A stretch of 58,994 nucleotides of DNA from an uncultured Candidatus Saccharibacteria bacterium (GTDB lineage Bacteria; Patescibacteriota; Minisyncoccia; Minisyncoccales; Staskawiczbacteraceae). The notes under the pieces were generated by a model. That model was not told the origin of the DNA and ran no database searches. It worked only from the letters and a program-made list of their open reading frames with translations. The stretch is taken from the NCBI GenBank assembly GCA_964599285.1, contig CAZREI010000004.1, positions 1 to 58,994 on the forward strand, given 5' to 3'. Both the position numbers and the translations under genes were made by a program. Of this stretch, positions 1 through 9,038 are shown piece after piece (positions within the stretch are counted from its first letter, which is position 1; each line of letters starts with the position of its first letter).

Positions 1-165
1 GCTGAGTAGCTAAGTTGGGAACGGATAAGCGCTGAAAGCATATAAGCGCGAAACCCACTCCAAGATGAGAACTCTTAGATGTCCCGAAGATTACGGGTTT
101 GATAGGCCACAGGTGTAAGCGCCGTAAGGCGTTCAGCCGGGTGGTACTAATACATCATACATTTT
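1..165 (+). rRNA. rrl: 23S rRNA, 3' end (partial)
   Basis: Conserved 23S 3'-terminal motifs GCTGAGTAGCTAAG, GGATAAGCGCTGAAAGCATATAAG and GGTACTAATA. The exact 3' end is approximate. Confidence 0.93.
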
Positions 166-242
166 TTAGCGTAAGGCCTTGTGCTTTGCACGAGGTATGA
201 TAGATACAGATTTTATTTATCTTTAATATATGTTTTTACCTA

Positions 243-361
243 GATTGCTTCGCTTCGCTCGCAATGACGGATTAGGTTTTTACCTTTCACGCGTCATTGC
301 GGCAAGTCGCGAGAACTTCCAGCTTGACTGGAGTTCCCGACTCAGGCGCACCGAAGCAATC
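243..361. repeat. GTCATTGCG...GCAATC palindromic (REP/RPE-like) element pair in the 23S-5S spacer
   Basis: GATTGCTTCGCTTCGCTCGCAATGAC at 243-268 and GTCATTGCG...GGCGCACCGAAGCAATC at 293-361; same family as other loci in the window. Confidence 0.8.
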
Positions 362-383
362 TTATCCACAGAAATTGAGTTCT

Positions 384-496
384 GTGGTGGCGATTATACT
401 GAGCTTGTCCCACCTGTTCCCATTTCGAACACAGAAGTGAAATAGCTCAAGGCCGATGGTAGTGTGATGAACGCGAGAGTAGGTAGTCGCCACCTT
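384..496 (+). rRNA. rrf: 5S rRNA
   Basis: GGTGGCGAT/GTCGCCACC terminal stem, CCACCTGTTCCCATTTCGAACACAGAAGTGAA and GCCGATGGTAGTG...GAGAGTAGGT motifs. Confidence 0.92.
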
Positions 497-511
497 AGCA
501 CTCAATAAATT

Positions 512-538
512 AATCCGCAATTACTGCGGATTTTTTTT
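512..538 (+). terminator. Intrinsic terminator of the rRNA operon
   Basis: AATCCGCA-ATTAC-TGCGGATT hairpin followed by a T run. Confidence 0.75.
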
Positions 539-595
539 GCAACAAAATACCAATTTGCCAGCACGGTAAAATTTTGTTAGAGTGGAGAAATTACC

Positions 596-1423
596 ATGAA
601 CGTGTATATTAGAAAAAAAAGTTTTTTGTGGCAGAAAGTGATGCTGGCAGTTTTGCTGGTAGCGGGCAGTATTTTTTTACTGAATATTTTTGACCGGCAA
701 ATTAAAAACTCTTTTTATTATGCGACTTTTCCGGTTTCCCGGGTTCTTTGGCAAGCGGGCGATGGAGCCTCCTGGTTTTTGGGTTCTTTACTCAACGCAA
801 AAGGCATCAGCCAGGAAAACGCCAATTTAACCCAGGAAAACCAAAATCTTTTGGCCCAAGTCGCAACGCTCAAAGAAACCATCAAAGCCCGACAGGATTT
901 GGCATCTGCCTTGCAGGCAACGGCTGCCAATAGTGTCCATCTGACGCTTGCCCAGGTGATTGGTCTGGACAGTTTAAGCGATACGATTGTGGTTAACAAA
1001 GGGTCGGACGATGGCATTAAAGAAAACATGCCGGTGATTTCCAGCGCCAATGTGCTCTATGGCAAAGTATCAACCGTCTACAAAAATTTTTCCAAAGTGT
1101 TGCTGGTTTCAAGTCCGCAAAGCGTAGTGGATGCCAAAACTCAAAATAGCGACCCGGCGGTTCCTTCGATTTTGGGGGTCATTAAGGGGCAGGGAAATTT
1201 TTCGGTGTACCTGGACCTGGTGCCTTCCGATGCAAAACTTCAAAAAGGTGACCTGCTGGTTACGTCAGCCCTGGAAGGAATTTTTCCCAAAGATTTACTG
1301 ATTGGCAAAATAGTCCAGAGCACCCAAAGCGACGCCAAGCCTTTTCAAACCGCCCAAATCCAACCCTTCTTTGACCTTAACCATTTGGATAATCTTTTTA
1401 TTATCACCGATTACAAAAAATAA
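596..1423 (+). CDS. mreC: Rod shape-determining protein MreC
   Basis: N-terminal TM, coiled coil (ENANLTQENQNL), INKGSxxGIKENMPV and GIFPKDLLIGKI motifs; followed by mreD and mrdA. Confidence 0.9.
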   Translation: MNVYIRKKSFLWQKVMLAVLLVAGSIFLLNIFDRQIKNSFYYATFPVSRVLWQAGDGASWFLGSLLNAKGISQENANLTQENQNLLAQVATLKETIKARQDLASALQATAANSVHLTLAQVIGLDSLSDTIVVNKGSDDGIKENMPVISSANVLYGKVSTVYKNFSKVLLVSSPQSVVDAKTQNSDPAVPSILGVIKGQGNFSVYLDLVPSDAKLQKGDLLVTSALEGIFPKDLLIGKIVQSTQSDAKPFQTAQIQPFFDLNHLDNLFIITDYKK

Positions 1424-1944
1424 TGAATAAGTGGGTTAGTTATGCTGCATTAATGATCGTGCTTTTTGCCGCGACTTTAGTCCAGGAAAGTTTTCTTGTG
1501 CACTTGGCGGCTTTTGGCGTGGTGCCTAATTTGGTATTTGTGGTTTTTTTTGTGGCGGCATTTTTTGAAAAAAGAAATATGGGCTATGGCATGTATGTGG
1601 CGCTGGCCGCCGGATTTTTTTTAGATTTACTGTTGCCGTTTGGTTTTGGATCGGCGATGGTAGTGTTGCTTCTGTTATATTTTTTCATAAAGCTGATGCA
1701 ATATTTTTTAAAAGAGCGGCAGGGAAAATATAGGGTGGTCTATTTTGCCGTGGCATTTTTGGTTTCGTTTTTGGTTTATACCTTTTTACTTTCCTTGCGC
1801 ACGAATATCCATGCGTTTTCACTGATCTTGCATCCGGTTTTAATGCCGGCACTCTTGTATAACGGGGTGCTTGCCTTGCTCGGGTTTTACGTGTATAAAA
1901 CCATTGACGACAAGTTATCTGATCGGCAGTTGACCCTATTTTGA
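1423..1944 (+). CDS. mreD: Rod shape-determining protein MreD
   Basis: Hydrophobic 173 aa protein with VPNL and AGFFLDLL motifs; overlaps the mreC stop. Confidence 0.8.
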   Translation: MNKWVSYAALMIVLFAATLVQESFLVHLAAFGVVPNLVFVVFFVAAFFEKRNMGYGMYVALAAGFFLDLLLPFGFGSAMVVLLLLYFFIKLMQYFLKERQGKYRVVYFAVAFLVSFLVYTFLLSLRTNIHAFSLILHPVLMPALLYNGVLALLGFYVYKTIDDKLSDRQLTLF

Positions 1945-1975
1945 TGTTATTATAATGCCAATTTACTAATGACGT

Positions 1976-2019
1976 GCCAATGACGCTAATTCGTAACGTT
2001 ACGAATTAGCGTCATTGGC
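1976..2019. repeat. Perfect 44 bp palindrome within AT-rich short-repeat ladder
   Basis: GCCAATGACGCTAATTCGTAAC|GTTACGAATTAGCGTCATTGGC. Confidence 0.85.
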
Positions 2020-2058
2020 GACACTATTCGCATTATTGGCATTATAATCACTAGGCAT

Positions 2059-3984
2059 ATGAATATTAATAAATTCAAAGTCAAAAAATCCGAAGCCGAC
2101 ATTGAAACGCACCACATTTTTTTGGATACCTTGGCTCACAGCAAAGAGGAGGAGCTGGGGATTACCGAAAAAAAGTTTGAGGTGCCGCTGGGCAAACATT
2201 TGCTCTACCTTTTGTTCGGTTTTTTTTTGCTGTCCGCCCTGATCCTTTTTGCCAAAACGTTTTATTTAGAAATTCTGAACGGCAAAAAACTGGCGGTGGC
2301 GGCGGAAAATAATAAAGGAAAAATCGGTTTGCTGCCGGCAGAACGGGGAATTATCTACGACAAAAATGGCAAAAAATTGGTCATTAATTCCCCGGACTTT
2401 AACTTAGTTTGCGACAAGCGGAATTTTTCGCTATCTAATCCGCAATCGGGCCTTCAAATCCAAACCATGGCATCTATTTTAAATCAGCCGGCCGACGCCA
2501 TATCCTTGGCCATTGCCGATTCAGAGGATTCCAACGTGCTGATTTCCCAGAATCTTGCCCAAGAAACGTTACTGATTTTAGAAGCCAGAATGACCGATTT
2601 GCCCGATTGCCAGATTGAAAAAAACACTGTTCGCAATTATGTGATGGGGCCGATTTTCTCACATGTTTTAGGGTACACTGCCAAGCCGTCAAAGGATGAC
2701 TTGGAAAATTTGCCTAGCGTTTTAGCAACTGACAACGTGGGCAAAACCGGTTTGGAAAAATCGTACCAGAATTTTTTGCGAGGTACGCCCAGCCGCTTGC
2801 AAGTGGTTAAAAGCGCTACGGGAATTTCCAAGGGCCAAAAGGTGCTGTCAGAAGCAACGCCGGGCGACAATCTTGTTTTAAATATTGATGCCGGCCTGCA
2901 AACCAGCGTGTACAGCGCCTTGGAAAAATCTATTAAAAATATCGGAGCAAAAAAGGGCGCGGCGGTGGCGCTGGATCCGCGCACCGGCGCGGTGCTGGCG
3001 CTGGTATCGTATCCGGCCTACGATGATAATATTTTTAGCAAAGGGATTTCCCAAAAAGATTTTGATGCTATTATCAGCGATCCGGCCCAGCCATTTTTTG
3101 ATCGTGCCATCGCCGCCAAGTATCCGACCGGTTCCACCATCAAGCCCTTTTTAGCTTCGGGAGTTTTACAAGAACATATCATTGATCCTGCCAAAAAAAT
3201 TTATGATCCAGGATATATTTTAGTTCACAGCCAGTACGACCCATCGGTAACGTACAAATTTTCCGGAGTTAAGCCTCATGGTTGGGTGGACATGAAAGAG
3301 GCTATTGCCGTTTCGTCTAACATTTATTTTTATACCCTTGGCGGGGGGTATGGGGATCAGCAGGGCCTGGGTCCCGCAAGAATTAAAAAATATTTGGACA
3401 TGTATGGCTGGGAACAAAAAACCGGCATTGATTTGCCGGGAGAATTTTCCGGATTTGTGCCAAGTCCCGAATGGAAAAAACAAGTCAAAAAGGAATCCTG
3501 GTGGGATGGCGATACCTACAACCTTTCTATTGGACAGTCCGATTTGCAGGTGACTCCCTTGCAAGTGGCCGTTGCTTATTCAGCCATTGCTAATGGTGGA
3601 ACGCTGTATCAGCCTCAAATTGTTCAAAAAATTGTTGATGGTTCGGTTTCCGGTTCTATCATCAAGGAATTTAAGCCGGAAATTGTAAGCCAGATTGGCA
3701 TTGACCAAAAAAACCTTGATATTGTGCGACAAGGCATGCGCGACGGTGTGCAAAAAGATTACGGTTCATCTTTTTTGCTAAATGATTTACCGGTTGCCGT
3801 GGCCGGAAAAACGGGAACCGCCGAAACCAACAAAGCCGGTTTTTTCAACACTTGGTCCTGCGATTTTGCGCCCTACGACAATCCGCAGATTGTGTTTGTG
3901 GCAACGATTGAAGGAGTGGAAGGCTTGCGGGCGGCCACTTTGCCAGTGGCGCATGATGTACTGCAATATTATTTTTCCAAATAA
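2059..3984 (+). CDS. mrdA: Penicillin-binding protein 2
   Basis: RGIIYD dimerisation motif, catalytic PTGSTIK (SxxK), SSNIYF (SxN) and KTGTAE (KTG). Confidence 0.92.
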   Translation: MNINKFKVKKSEADIETHHIFLDTLAHSKEEELGITEKKFEVPLGKHLLYLLFGFFLLSALILFAKTFYLEILNGKKLAVAAENNKGKIGLLPAERGIIYDKNGKKLVINSPDFNLVCDKRNFSLSNPQSGLQIQTMASILNQPADAISLAIADSEDSNVLISQNLAQETLLILEARMTDLPDCQIEKNTVRNYVMGPIFSHVLGYTAKPSKDDLENLPSVLATDNVGKTGLEKSYQNFLRGTPSRLQVVKSATGISKGQKVLSEATPGDNLVLNIDAGLQTSVYSALEKSIKNIGAKKGAAVALDPRTGAVLALVSYPAYDDNIFSKGISQKDFDAIISDPAQPFFDRAIAAKYPTGSTIKPFLASGVLQEHIIDPAKKIYDPGYILVHSQYDPSVTYKFSGVKPHGWVDMKEAIAVSSNIYFYTLGGGYGDQQGLGPARIKKYLDMYGWEQKTGIDLPGEFSGFVPSPEWKKQVKKESWWDGDTYNLSIGQSDLQVTPLQVAVAYSAIANGGTLYQPQIVQKIVDGSVSGSIIKEFKPEIVSQIGIDQKNLDIVRQGMRDGVQKDYGSSFLLNDLPVAVAGKTGTAETNKAGFFNTWSCDFAPYDNPQIVFVATIEGVEGLRAATLPVAHDVLQYYFSK

Positions 3985-3987
3985 TAT

Positions 3988-4158
3988 TCGCTGAAATTAC
4001 GCTGATCAAAACGCTGATTTAACGCTGAAACGGCGGCGCCCGTGGGCGCCGCCGCCGAACACCATCATCACCCACCGTAATCGCTATCACCACCGTCATT
4101 GCGAGGCGCACCGAAGCAATCTTCATCCGTCGTCGTTGCGTGCCGTCGCGCGGCAATC
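3988..4158. repeat. Composite repeat: ACGCTGA tandem, GC hairpin and GTCATTGCG elements
   Basis: Near-identical composite at 51759-51894. Confidence 0.75.
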
Positions 4159-4168
4159 CATTTTTTGT

Positions 4169-4199
4169 AAAAAAAAGAGAGCGGTTGGGCCTCCGCTCT
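4169..4199 (-). terminator. Intrinsic terminator for the minus-strand two-gene unit
   Basis: AGAGCGG/CCGCTCT stem with an A run on the + strand. Confidence 0.7.
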
Positions 4200-4205
4200 A
4201 TTTGT

Positions 4206-4412
4206 CTATTGATTCTCGGGAACAGGAAACTCTTGTCCATTTACGATGAGGACAAAATTAGGGTTCTCGCATTTACATCCGGTTCGATGCTCTTTGCATT
4301 TTTTACACCAGACTGTTCCGAAGGTAGATATCCTCTTTAATTTCTCCAGCCTTTCCTGGCGATCAGGACATGTGCATTGGCCGGGGCTATTTCCGCAGGT
4401 TGCACAAATCAT
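4206..4412 (-). CDS. Small Cys-rich protein with two CxxC...CxC clusters (putative Zn-binding)
   Basis: CATC...CTC and CKKC...CKC; SD-like AAGGGAG upstream, terminator downstream. Confidence 0.6.
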   Translation of the reverse strand: MICATCGNSPGQCTCPDRQERLEKLKRISTFGTVWCKKCKEHRTGCKCENPNFVLIVNGQEFPVPENQ

Positions 4413-4475
4413 TTTTCTCTCCCTTGGGATTTCTCCCGTTGCGGGTTACAAGTAGTTAGATGCACCGATGTGGTG

Positions 4476-4676
4476 TCATCTTGCCTGTCCGTTTGTTACA
4501 ACATTTCTTTTCAAGGTGCTGCCAGGTTTCTCGCGATACCTTTTCATTCTTAGTCCTTCGGTGGGTAACCCCCAGGCTTCCAGAAAGAGTATCGCTTTTT
4601 TCCGGGCAGCCCAGTAACTTTGGCCATGCTTCAAAAATGGCGGTGCTTTTCCCTCAATGAAACATTGGAAAATCAT
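4476..4676 (-). CDS. Small hypothetical protein
   Basis: AAAGGAG SD upstream of ATG and a consensus promoter at 4720-4748. Confidence 0.5.
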   Translation of the reverse strand: MIFQCFIEGKAPPFLKHGQSYWAARKKAILFLEAWGLPTEGLRMKRYREKPGSTLKRNVVTNGQAR

Positions 4677-4719
4677 TCGCTACTCCTTTGAAATAGAGGC
4701 GTCAAGAAACCACCTTTCT

Positions 4720-4748
4720 AATATAACATCTATAAATTCTAATGTCAA
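4720..4748 (-). promoter_or_regulatory. Sigma70-type promoter
   Basis: TTGACA-17 nt-TATATT on the minus strand. Confidence 0.65.
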
Positions 4749-4787
4749 GATTTACGCTCATTGCCAATTTTGATATCATAAAAAAAC

Positions 4788-5378
4788 ATGCCATTTAGAG
4801 GGGAACGACAATTCGAAACTATCGAAGAAAAAGAAACGGTGGGCCATCAAATAGAAAGCAAAATAGGGGAATTTATTGCCGGCAGTTTTGATTGTGTAGA
4901 GAATATTGAATATACCAGCCACAACGGCCCTAATGATAAAAAAGGAATTGATATGGTAGTTACTTTTGAAGGCGGTCGTAAAATGGCAATAGACGTGACT
5001 GCCGATATGGGCTTGCGAGTGGAAGAAAAAATAAAAAGTATGCGGAGGAATCCGTTGGTGGGAATTGGGGAAGAAAGAAATACAGAAGGAGAAGTTAGCG
5101 TTGAAAAATCAAGAACACTTATTCCAAGGGGGCTTATTCGGGTTGATGGCGCCAAGTGGGCAGAGTATAATATTGAAAACGTGGGCGATGAGGTTTTGGT
5201 GTATATGCCCGACAGAACCAGAATCCAAGAGGAAAAAGATATTTTAAACCAGCTTCTGCGACAAATAGAGTACTTTTCAAAAGAGGATGGAGAATACAAA
5301 AAAGCGGCAGAGAAAATAAAAGAAATGTTGCAAGAGGCGCTGGAAGAAGTAGAAAAAATAGAAAAAGAATTTAACTAA
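4788..5378 (+). CDS. Hypothetical protein, possible degenerate PD-(D/E)xK-like fold
   Basis: D-x2-GID-x9-AIDVT pattern; 196 aa acidic ORF. Confidence 0.5.
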   Translation: MPFRGERQFETIEEKETVGHQIESKIGEFIAGSFDCVENIEYTSHNGPNDKKGIDMVVTFEGGRKMAIDVTADMGLRVEEKIKSMRRNPLVGIGEERNTEGEVSVEKSRTLIPRGLIRVDGAKWAEYNIENVGDEVLVYMPDRTRIQEEKDILNQLLRQIEYFSKEDGEYKKAAEKIKEMLQEALEEVEKIEKEFN

Positions 5379-5410
5379 TATAGGTTCAACGAAAAAATTT
5401 ATCCCTAATC

Positions 5411-5482
5411 GTCATTGCGAGGAGCGAAGCGACGTGGCAATCTAGTAATAAAAAAAGATTGCTTCACTTCGTTCGCAATGAC
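5411..5482. repeat. GTCATTGCG...GCAATC palindromic element upstream of lysS
   Basis: GTCATTGCGAGGAGCGAAGCGACGTGGCAATC...GATTGCTTCACTTCGTTCGCAATGAC; it artificially extends the lysS ORF at its 5' end. Confidence 0.85.
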
Positions 5483-5492
5483 GAGAACTCCT

Positions 5493-6980
5493 ATGGCAAC
5501 GATTGACGAGTTAAAAAAGGTTAGATTGGAAAAACTAAAGTCCCTACAGGATTCGGGGTTTTTGGCTTACCCGGCAACTACCAAGCGGACGCATTCTATT
5601 GCAGAAGCGTTGGAAAATTTTTCTAAGTTGGCCAAGTCGGAAAAAGAGATTGTCTTGGCCGGCCGAATTATGGCATTGCGAGGACACGGCGGCGCCACGT
5701 TTTTGGATGCCAATGATGGTTCAGGCAAATTGCAGGGACTTATTAAAGAAGATAAACTTGGCGAAAAAGGTTATAAGTTTTTTATTGACCACTTTGATAT
5801 TGGCGACTTTGTGGAAATCAAAGGCATTTTGATCAAAACCAAACGGGGAGAGCAAACGATTGAAGCCAGCGATTATAAAATGCTGGCAAAGTCGCTCTTG
5901 CCTTTGCCAGAAAAGTGGCACGGCTTGCAAGACGAAGAGGAAAAGTTGCGCAAGCGCTATTTGGATATTTTATTTAATCCGGAAGTTAAGCAAATGATTC
6001 AAAAGCGCGCGGTGTTTTGGAATGCCATGCGCGAATTTTTGACAGAAAAAGGATTTTTGGAAGTAGAAACTCCGGTACTAGAAGTGACTACGGGAGGCGC
6101 CGATGCCAAGCCGTTTGTGACACACCACAACGCGCTTGACCTGGATGTATATTTGCGCATTTCCACCGGCGAACTTTGGCAAAAGAAACTGATGGTGGCG
6201 GGATTTGAAAAAACGTTTGAAATCGGCCGGCAGTTCCGCAACGAAGGCATGGACGCCGAGCACTTGCAAGACTACACCCAAATGGAATTTTACTGGGCTT
6301 ACGCTGATTATCAGCAGGGCATGGATTTAGTGGAGGAGCTGTATAAATACATTATCAAAAAAACCTTTGGCACGCTGAAGTTTGAAATTCGCGGGTTCAA
6401 AGTGGACTTTGCGAAAAAGTGGCAAAAGTACGATTACCAAACCGTCATCAACCAGTATGCCGGCATCAATATTTTTGAAGCCGCGTTGCCAGAAATGGAA
6501 AAGCAGTTGCAAAAATTAGGCATTACTTACGACAAAAACGGGTTTAACAAAACTCGAGCTATTGATAACTTGTGGAAATATTGCCGAAAAAATTTGGCCG
6601 GTCCTGGGTTTTTGATAAATTTACCGGTTGATGTGTCGCCACTTGCCAAACGAATGGAAACCGCCTCCGCCAAGGCTTCGGCAGGTCAAAGTAAAATGGC
6701 GCAAAGGTTCCAGGTGATTTTGGCCGGCAGTGAAATGGGTAATGGTTACAGCGAATTAAACGACCCCATTGACCAGGAAGAAAGATTTAAAGAACAGGAA
6801 AAATTGCGAAAAGAAGGGGATCAAGAAGCCCAAATGTTTGATAAAGACTTTGTGGAAGCGCTGGAATACGGCATGCCACCAACCTGCGGATTTGGAGTTT
6901 CAGAAAGATTATTTAGCTTTTTGATGGACAAGCCAGCCAGAGAAACCCAAATTTTTCCGCTGATGAAACCAAAGATGTGA
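5493..6980 (+). CDS. lysS: Lysine--tRNA ligase (class II)
   Basis: OB-fold N-terminus, FLEVETP, EIGRQFRNEG (motif 2), YGMPPTCGFG (motif 3). Start placed at MATIDEL. Confidence 0.96.
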   Translation: MATIDELKKVRLEKLKSLQDSGFLAYPATTKRTHSIAEALENFSKLAKSEKEIVLAGRIMALRGHGGATFLDANDGSGKLQGLIKEDKLGEKGYKFFIDHFDIGDFVEIKGILIKTKRGEQTIEASDYKMLAKSLLPLPEKWHGLQDEEEKLRKRYLDILFNPEVKQMIQKRAVFWNAMREFLTEKGFLEVETPVLEVTTGGADAKPFVTHHNALDLDVYLRISTGELWQKKLMVAGFEKTFEIGRQFRNEGMDAEHLQDYTQMEFYWAYADYQQGMDLVEELYKYIIKKTFGTLKFEIRGFKVDFAKKWQKYDYQTVINQYAGINIFEAALPEMEKQLQKLGITYDKNGFNKTRAIDNLWKYCRKNLAGPGFLINLPVDVSPLAKRMETASAKASAGQSKMAQRFQVILAGSEMGNGYSELNDPIDQEERFKEQEKLRKEGDQEAQMFDKDFVEALEYGMPPTCGFGVSERLFSFLMDKPARETQIFPLMKPKM

Positions 6981-7007
6981 TTTATGATTTAGGATTTAAG
7001 ATTTATG

Positions 7008-7032
7008 AATCCGTCGAAAGGCGGATTTTTTT
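7008..7032 (+). terminator. Intrinsic terminator after lysS
   Basis: AATCCGTC-GAAA-GGCGGATT followed by a T run. Confidence 0.7.
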
Positions 7033-7101
7033 AATGAAACTAGCGACCTTATTTATAAAGAAAAAGGCGACCACTTGGATCGCCTTGTCAGCGCATCGCG
7101 C

Positions 7102-8103
7102 CTACTTTGAATCTTGGAACATAACCCTGATTAACCCCAACTTGTGATTTGGGTTATTCTTGTTATGCTCGCGGACCGAATCAGAAAAATTGTGGGCGTG
7201 TCCGTACACCATCAGGAATAGTCGGTCACTACTTGTTCTGGCTTGGGCAGATATAATTCTTATTGCCGCGTCCTCCCGATCTTTAAATATTGTTCTTTGA
7301 TCCAGGTCGACCGCATCTTCGGGTATTATGGTTTCTTTTGTTTCTGCTCCTTTTGGGATAATGTCTCCATCAATAAGCAGTTTAAATGGGAGACCGGGTC
7401 GTATGTAGACGTAGTTATCGCTTGCTATGGAAAACACGTTACTATTAGCCCACATGCGCGCTTCTTTGATGGTTGCTTCAGCTTGGGTAACTCTCTTTTT
7501 CTCTGGGTCAAGCATCGGAGGGTTCTCCCTAAAATACTTTTCCATTGATTGGATTTTTTTAGAGAGCAGGTATATAAAAATGGTCTCCCCGAACTTGTCT
7601 TTCCCTGGCACCTTAAGAGCATGCTCATCAAATAACTCTGCCGCTGCTTGGTATGAGAAAGCCGTGATCGCAAACTCATCCCATTCTTTCTTCTGGTTTT
7701 TAACCAACCTTATTAGCTCTTCTGTCCTTTCTTCTGTCAAACCTTCAAAGTAGACTATTCTATCGCAATATCCCGTGCTTTGGACCACAGGGATGATACA
7801 CTCAATCTTCTTCTGCGACCTTATAATGATGTCTGCGAAAAGGAAATTTCTGTGCTCTTTTTCTGATCTGTGGATTTGTGGTATGTGGACGATGTAAGGA
7901 CCGGATCCGTTGTCAACTTGGAGTGCAACATCAAATCCATGCTTGGAACCGAGCTCCTTCAATATACCAAGCAGTTCCTCTCTTGATTCTATCTCTTTGG
8001 CCTCTCTATCCAATCGACCAACACAGCAAAGCCAAAACCCGCTCCCAACAATAAGCAAGGTCAAAACAAGTAGTCTGTGCGAGAGTTTCTTTTTATTTAA
8101 CAC
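7102..8103 (-). CDS. Hypothetical membrane-anchored protein
   Basis: N-terminal basic stretch plus TM; AAGGAG SD before GTG; own promoter (TTGACA-17-TAAAGT, 8196-8224 minus) and terminator hairpin near 7061-7086. Confidence 0.7.
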   Translation of the reverse strand: MLNKKKLSHRLLVLTLLIVGSGFWLCCVGRLDREAKEIESREELLGILKELGSKHGFDVALQVDNGSGPYIVHIPQIHRSEKEHRNFLFADIIIRSQKKIECIIPVVQSTGYCDRIVYFEGLTEERTEELIRLVKNQKKEWDEFAITAFSYQAAAELFDEHALKVPGKDKFGETIFIYLLSKKIQSMEKYFRENPPMLDPEKKRVTQAEATIKEARMWANSNVFSIASDNYVYIRPGLPFKLLIDGDIIPKGAETKETIIPEDAVDLDQRTIFKDREDAAIRIISAQARTSSDRLFLMVYGHAHNFSDSVREHNKNNPNHKLGLIRVMFQDSK

Positions 8104-8265
8104 GTTAAGCTCCTTCTAGGCAGTTTTCGAAACAGCTCGTACACCATAGAACGACTATGGTAAGATACTGTTTATTTGTTAAGGTTCATGTCGTTACTTT
8201 ATATCATTTTAAAGTATATGTCAATAGTTGTTGGCTTTCTATAATTTTGATACAATCACTAAATT

Positions 8266-8691
8266 ATGAGTAAAAAGATATTAGTGTTTGGTACTTTTGA
8301 CGGACTGCACGACGGGCATAAGGATTTTTTTCGGCAGGCTCGTGAATTTGGTGACCATTTAGTGGTGGTGGTTGGGCGAGACTCAACTATCATAAAAACC
8401 AAGGGACGGCCGCCGAAGTTTAACGAACAGGAACGGCTGGCGGCCGTGGGCGCCGCAGAATATGTGGATGAAGCTCGCTTGGGCAACGAGGCTGTACTTG
8501 GTGAAAAGTTTAACCCCTACAAAGTTATTGAAGAAATAAAACCCGACGTTATTTGTTTAGGCTACGACCAGACTCATTTTACAGAAAAGCTGGCGGAAAA
8601 AATAAAAGAGATGGGGCTAAGCATTGAAATCAAAAGACTGAAAGCATATAGGCCTGAAATGTACCATTCTTCAATCATTAACAAGCAGTAG
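8266..8691 (+). CDS. Cytidylyltransferase-family protein (FAD synthase RibL-like)
   Basis: FGTFDGLHDGH (HxGH) motif and ICLGYDQ. Confidence 0.8.
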   Translation: MSKKILVFGTFDGLHDGHKDFFRQAREFGDHLVVVVGRDSTIIKTKGRPPKFNEQERLAAVGAAEYVDEARLGNEAVLGEKFNPYKVIEEIKPDVICLGYDQTHFTEKLAEKIKEMGLSIEIKRLKAYRPEMYHSSIINKQ

Positions 8692-8715
8692 GCTTATTCG
8701 TACGAATAGGAGAAT

Positions 8716-8982
8716 ATGAATAACAAAGATACCGTTAAATTTTTTAAAACACTAGGTAACGAAAGAAGGTTTTTAATTTTACGATATTTATTTGGTAATA
8801 AGGAGCTGACTGTTGGGCAAATCAGCGGTTTAATAAAACTTTCTTTTCGGAGCACATCAAAACATTTGGGCATATTAACGGGAATGGATTTGGTCACGAT
8901 ACGACAAGAAAGTTTACACAAATTCTATTCACTTAATTATGCAAAATTCCCAAAACAATTTATTACATTTTTCAAAAACTAA
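8716..8982 (+). CDS. ArsR/SmtB-family HTH transcriptional regulator
   Basis: FKTLGNERRFLIL...ELTVGQIS...STSKHL...FYSL pattern. Confidence 0.82.
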   Translation: MNNKDTVKFFKTLGNERRFLILRYLFGNKELTVGQISGLIKLSFRSTSKHLGILTGMDLVTIRQESLHKFYSLNYAKFPKQFITFFKN

Positions 8983-8996
8983 TTTTGAGAATTAAT

Positions 8997-9030
8997 ACTA
9001 TTCGCTTATTCGTACGAATAAGCGAATAGT
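8997..9030. promoter_or_regulatory. Perfect 34 bp palindrome, candidate operator; 17-mer core repeated at 8692-8708
   Basis: ACTATTCGCTTATTCGT|ACGAATAAGCGAATAGT. Confidence 0.5.
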
Positions 9031-9038
9031 TACTACCC

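Noticed and set aside
362-370. Isolated TTATCCACA boxes (362-370, 53463-53471) as oriC
   Set aside because: Single boxes with no dnaA/dnaN nearby and no evident unwinding element.
230-445. 71 aa ORF in the rRNA spacer
   Set aside because: It is made of the GTCATTGCG repeat and overlaps the 5S rRNA.
5415-5492. N-terminal extensions of lysS and of the Mur ligase (11257-11328)
   Set aside because: They are translations of upstream palindromic elements; internal ATGs match expected starts.
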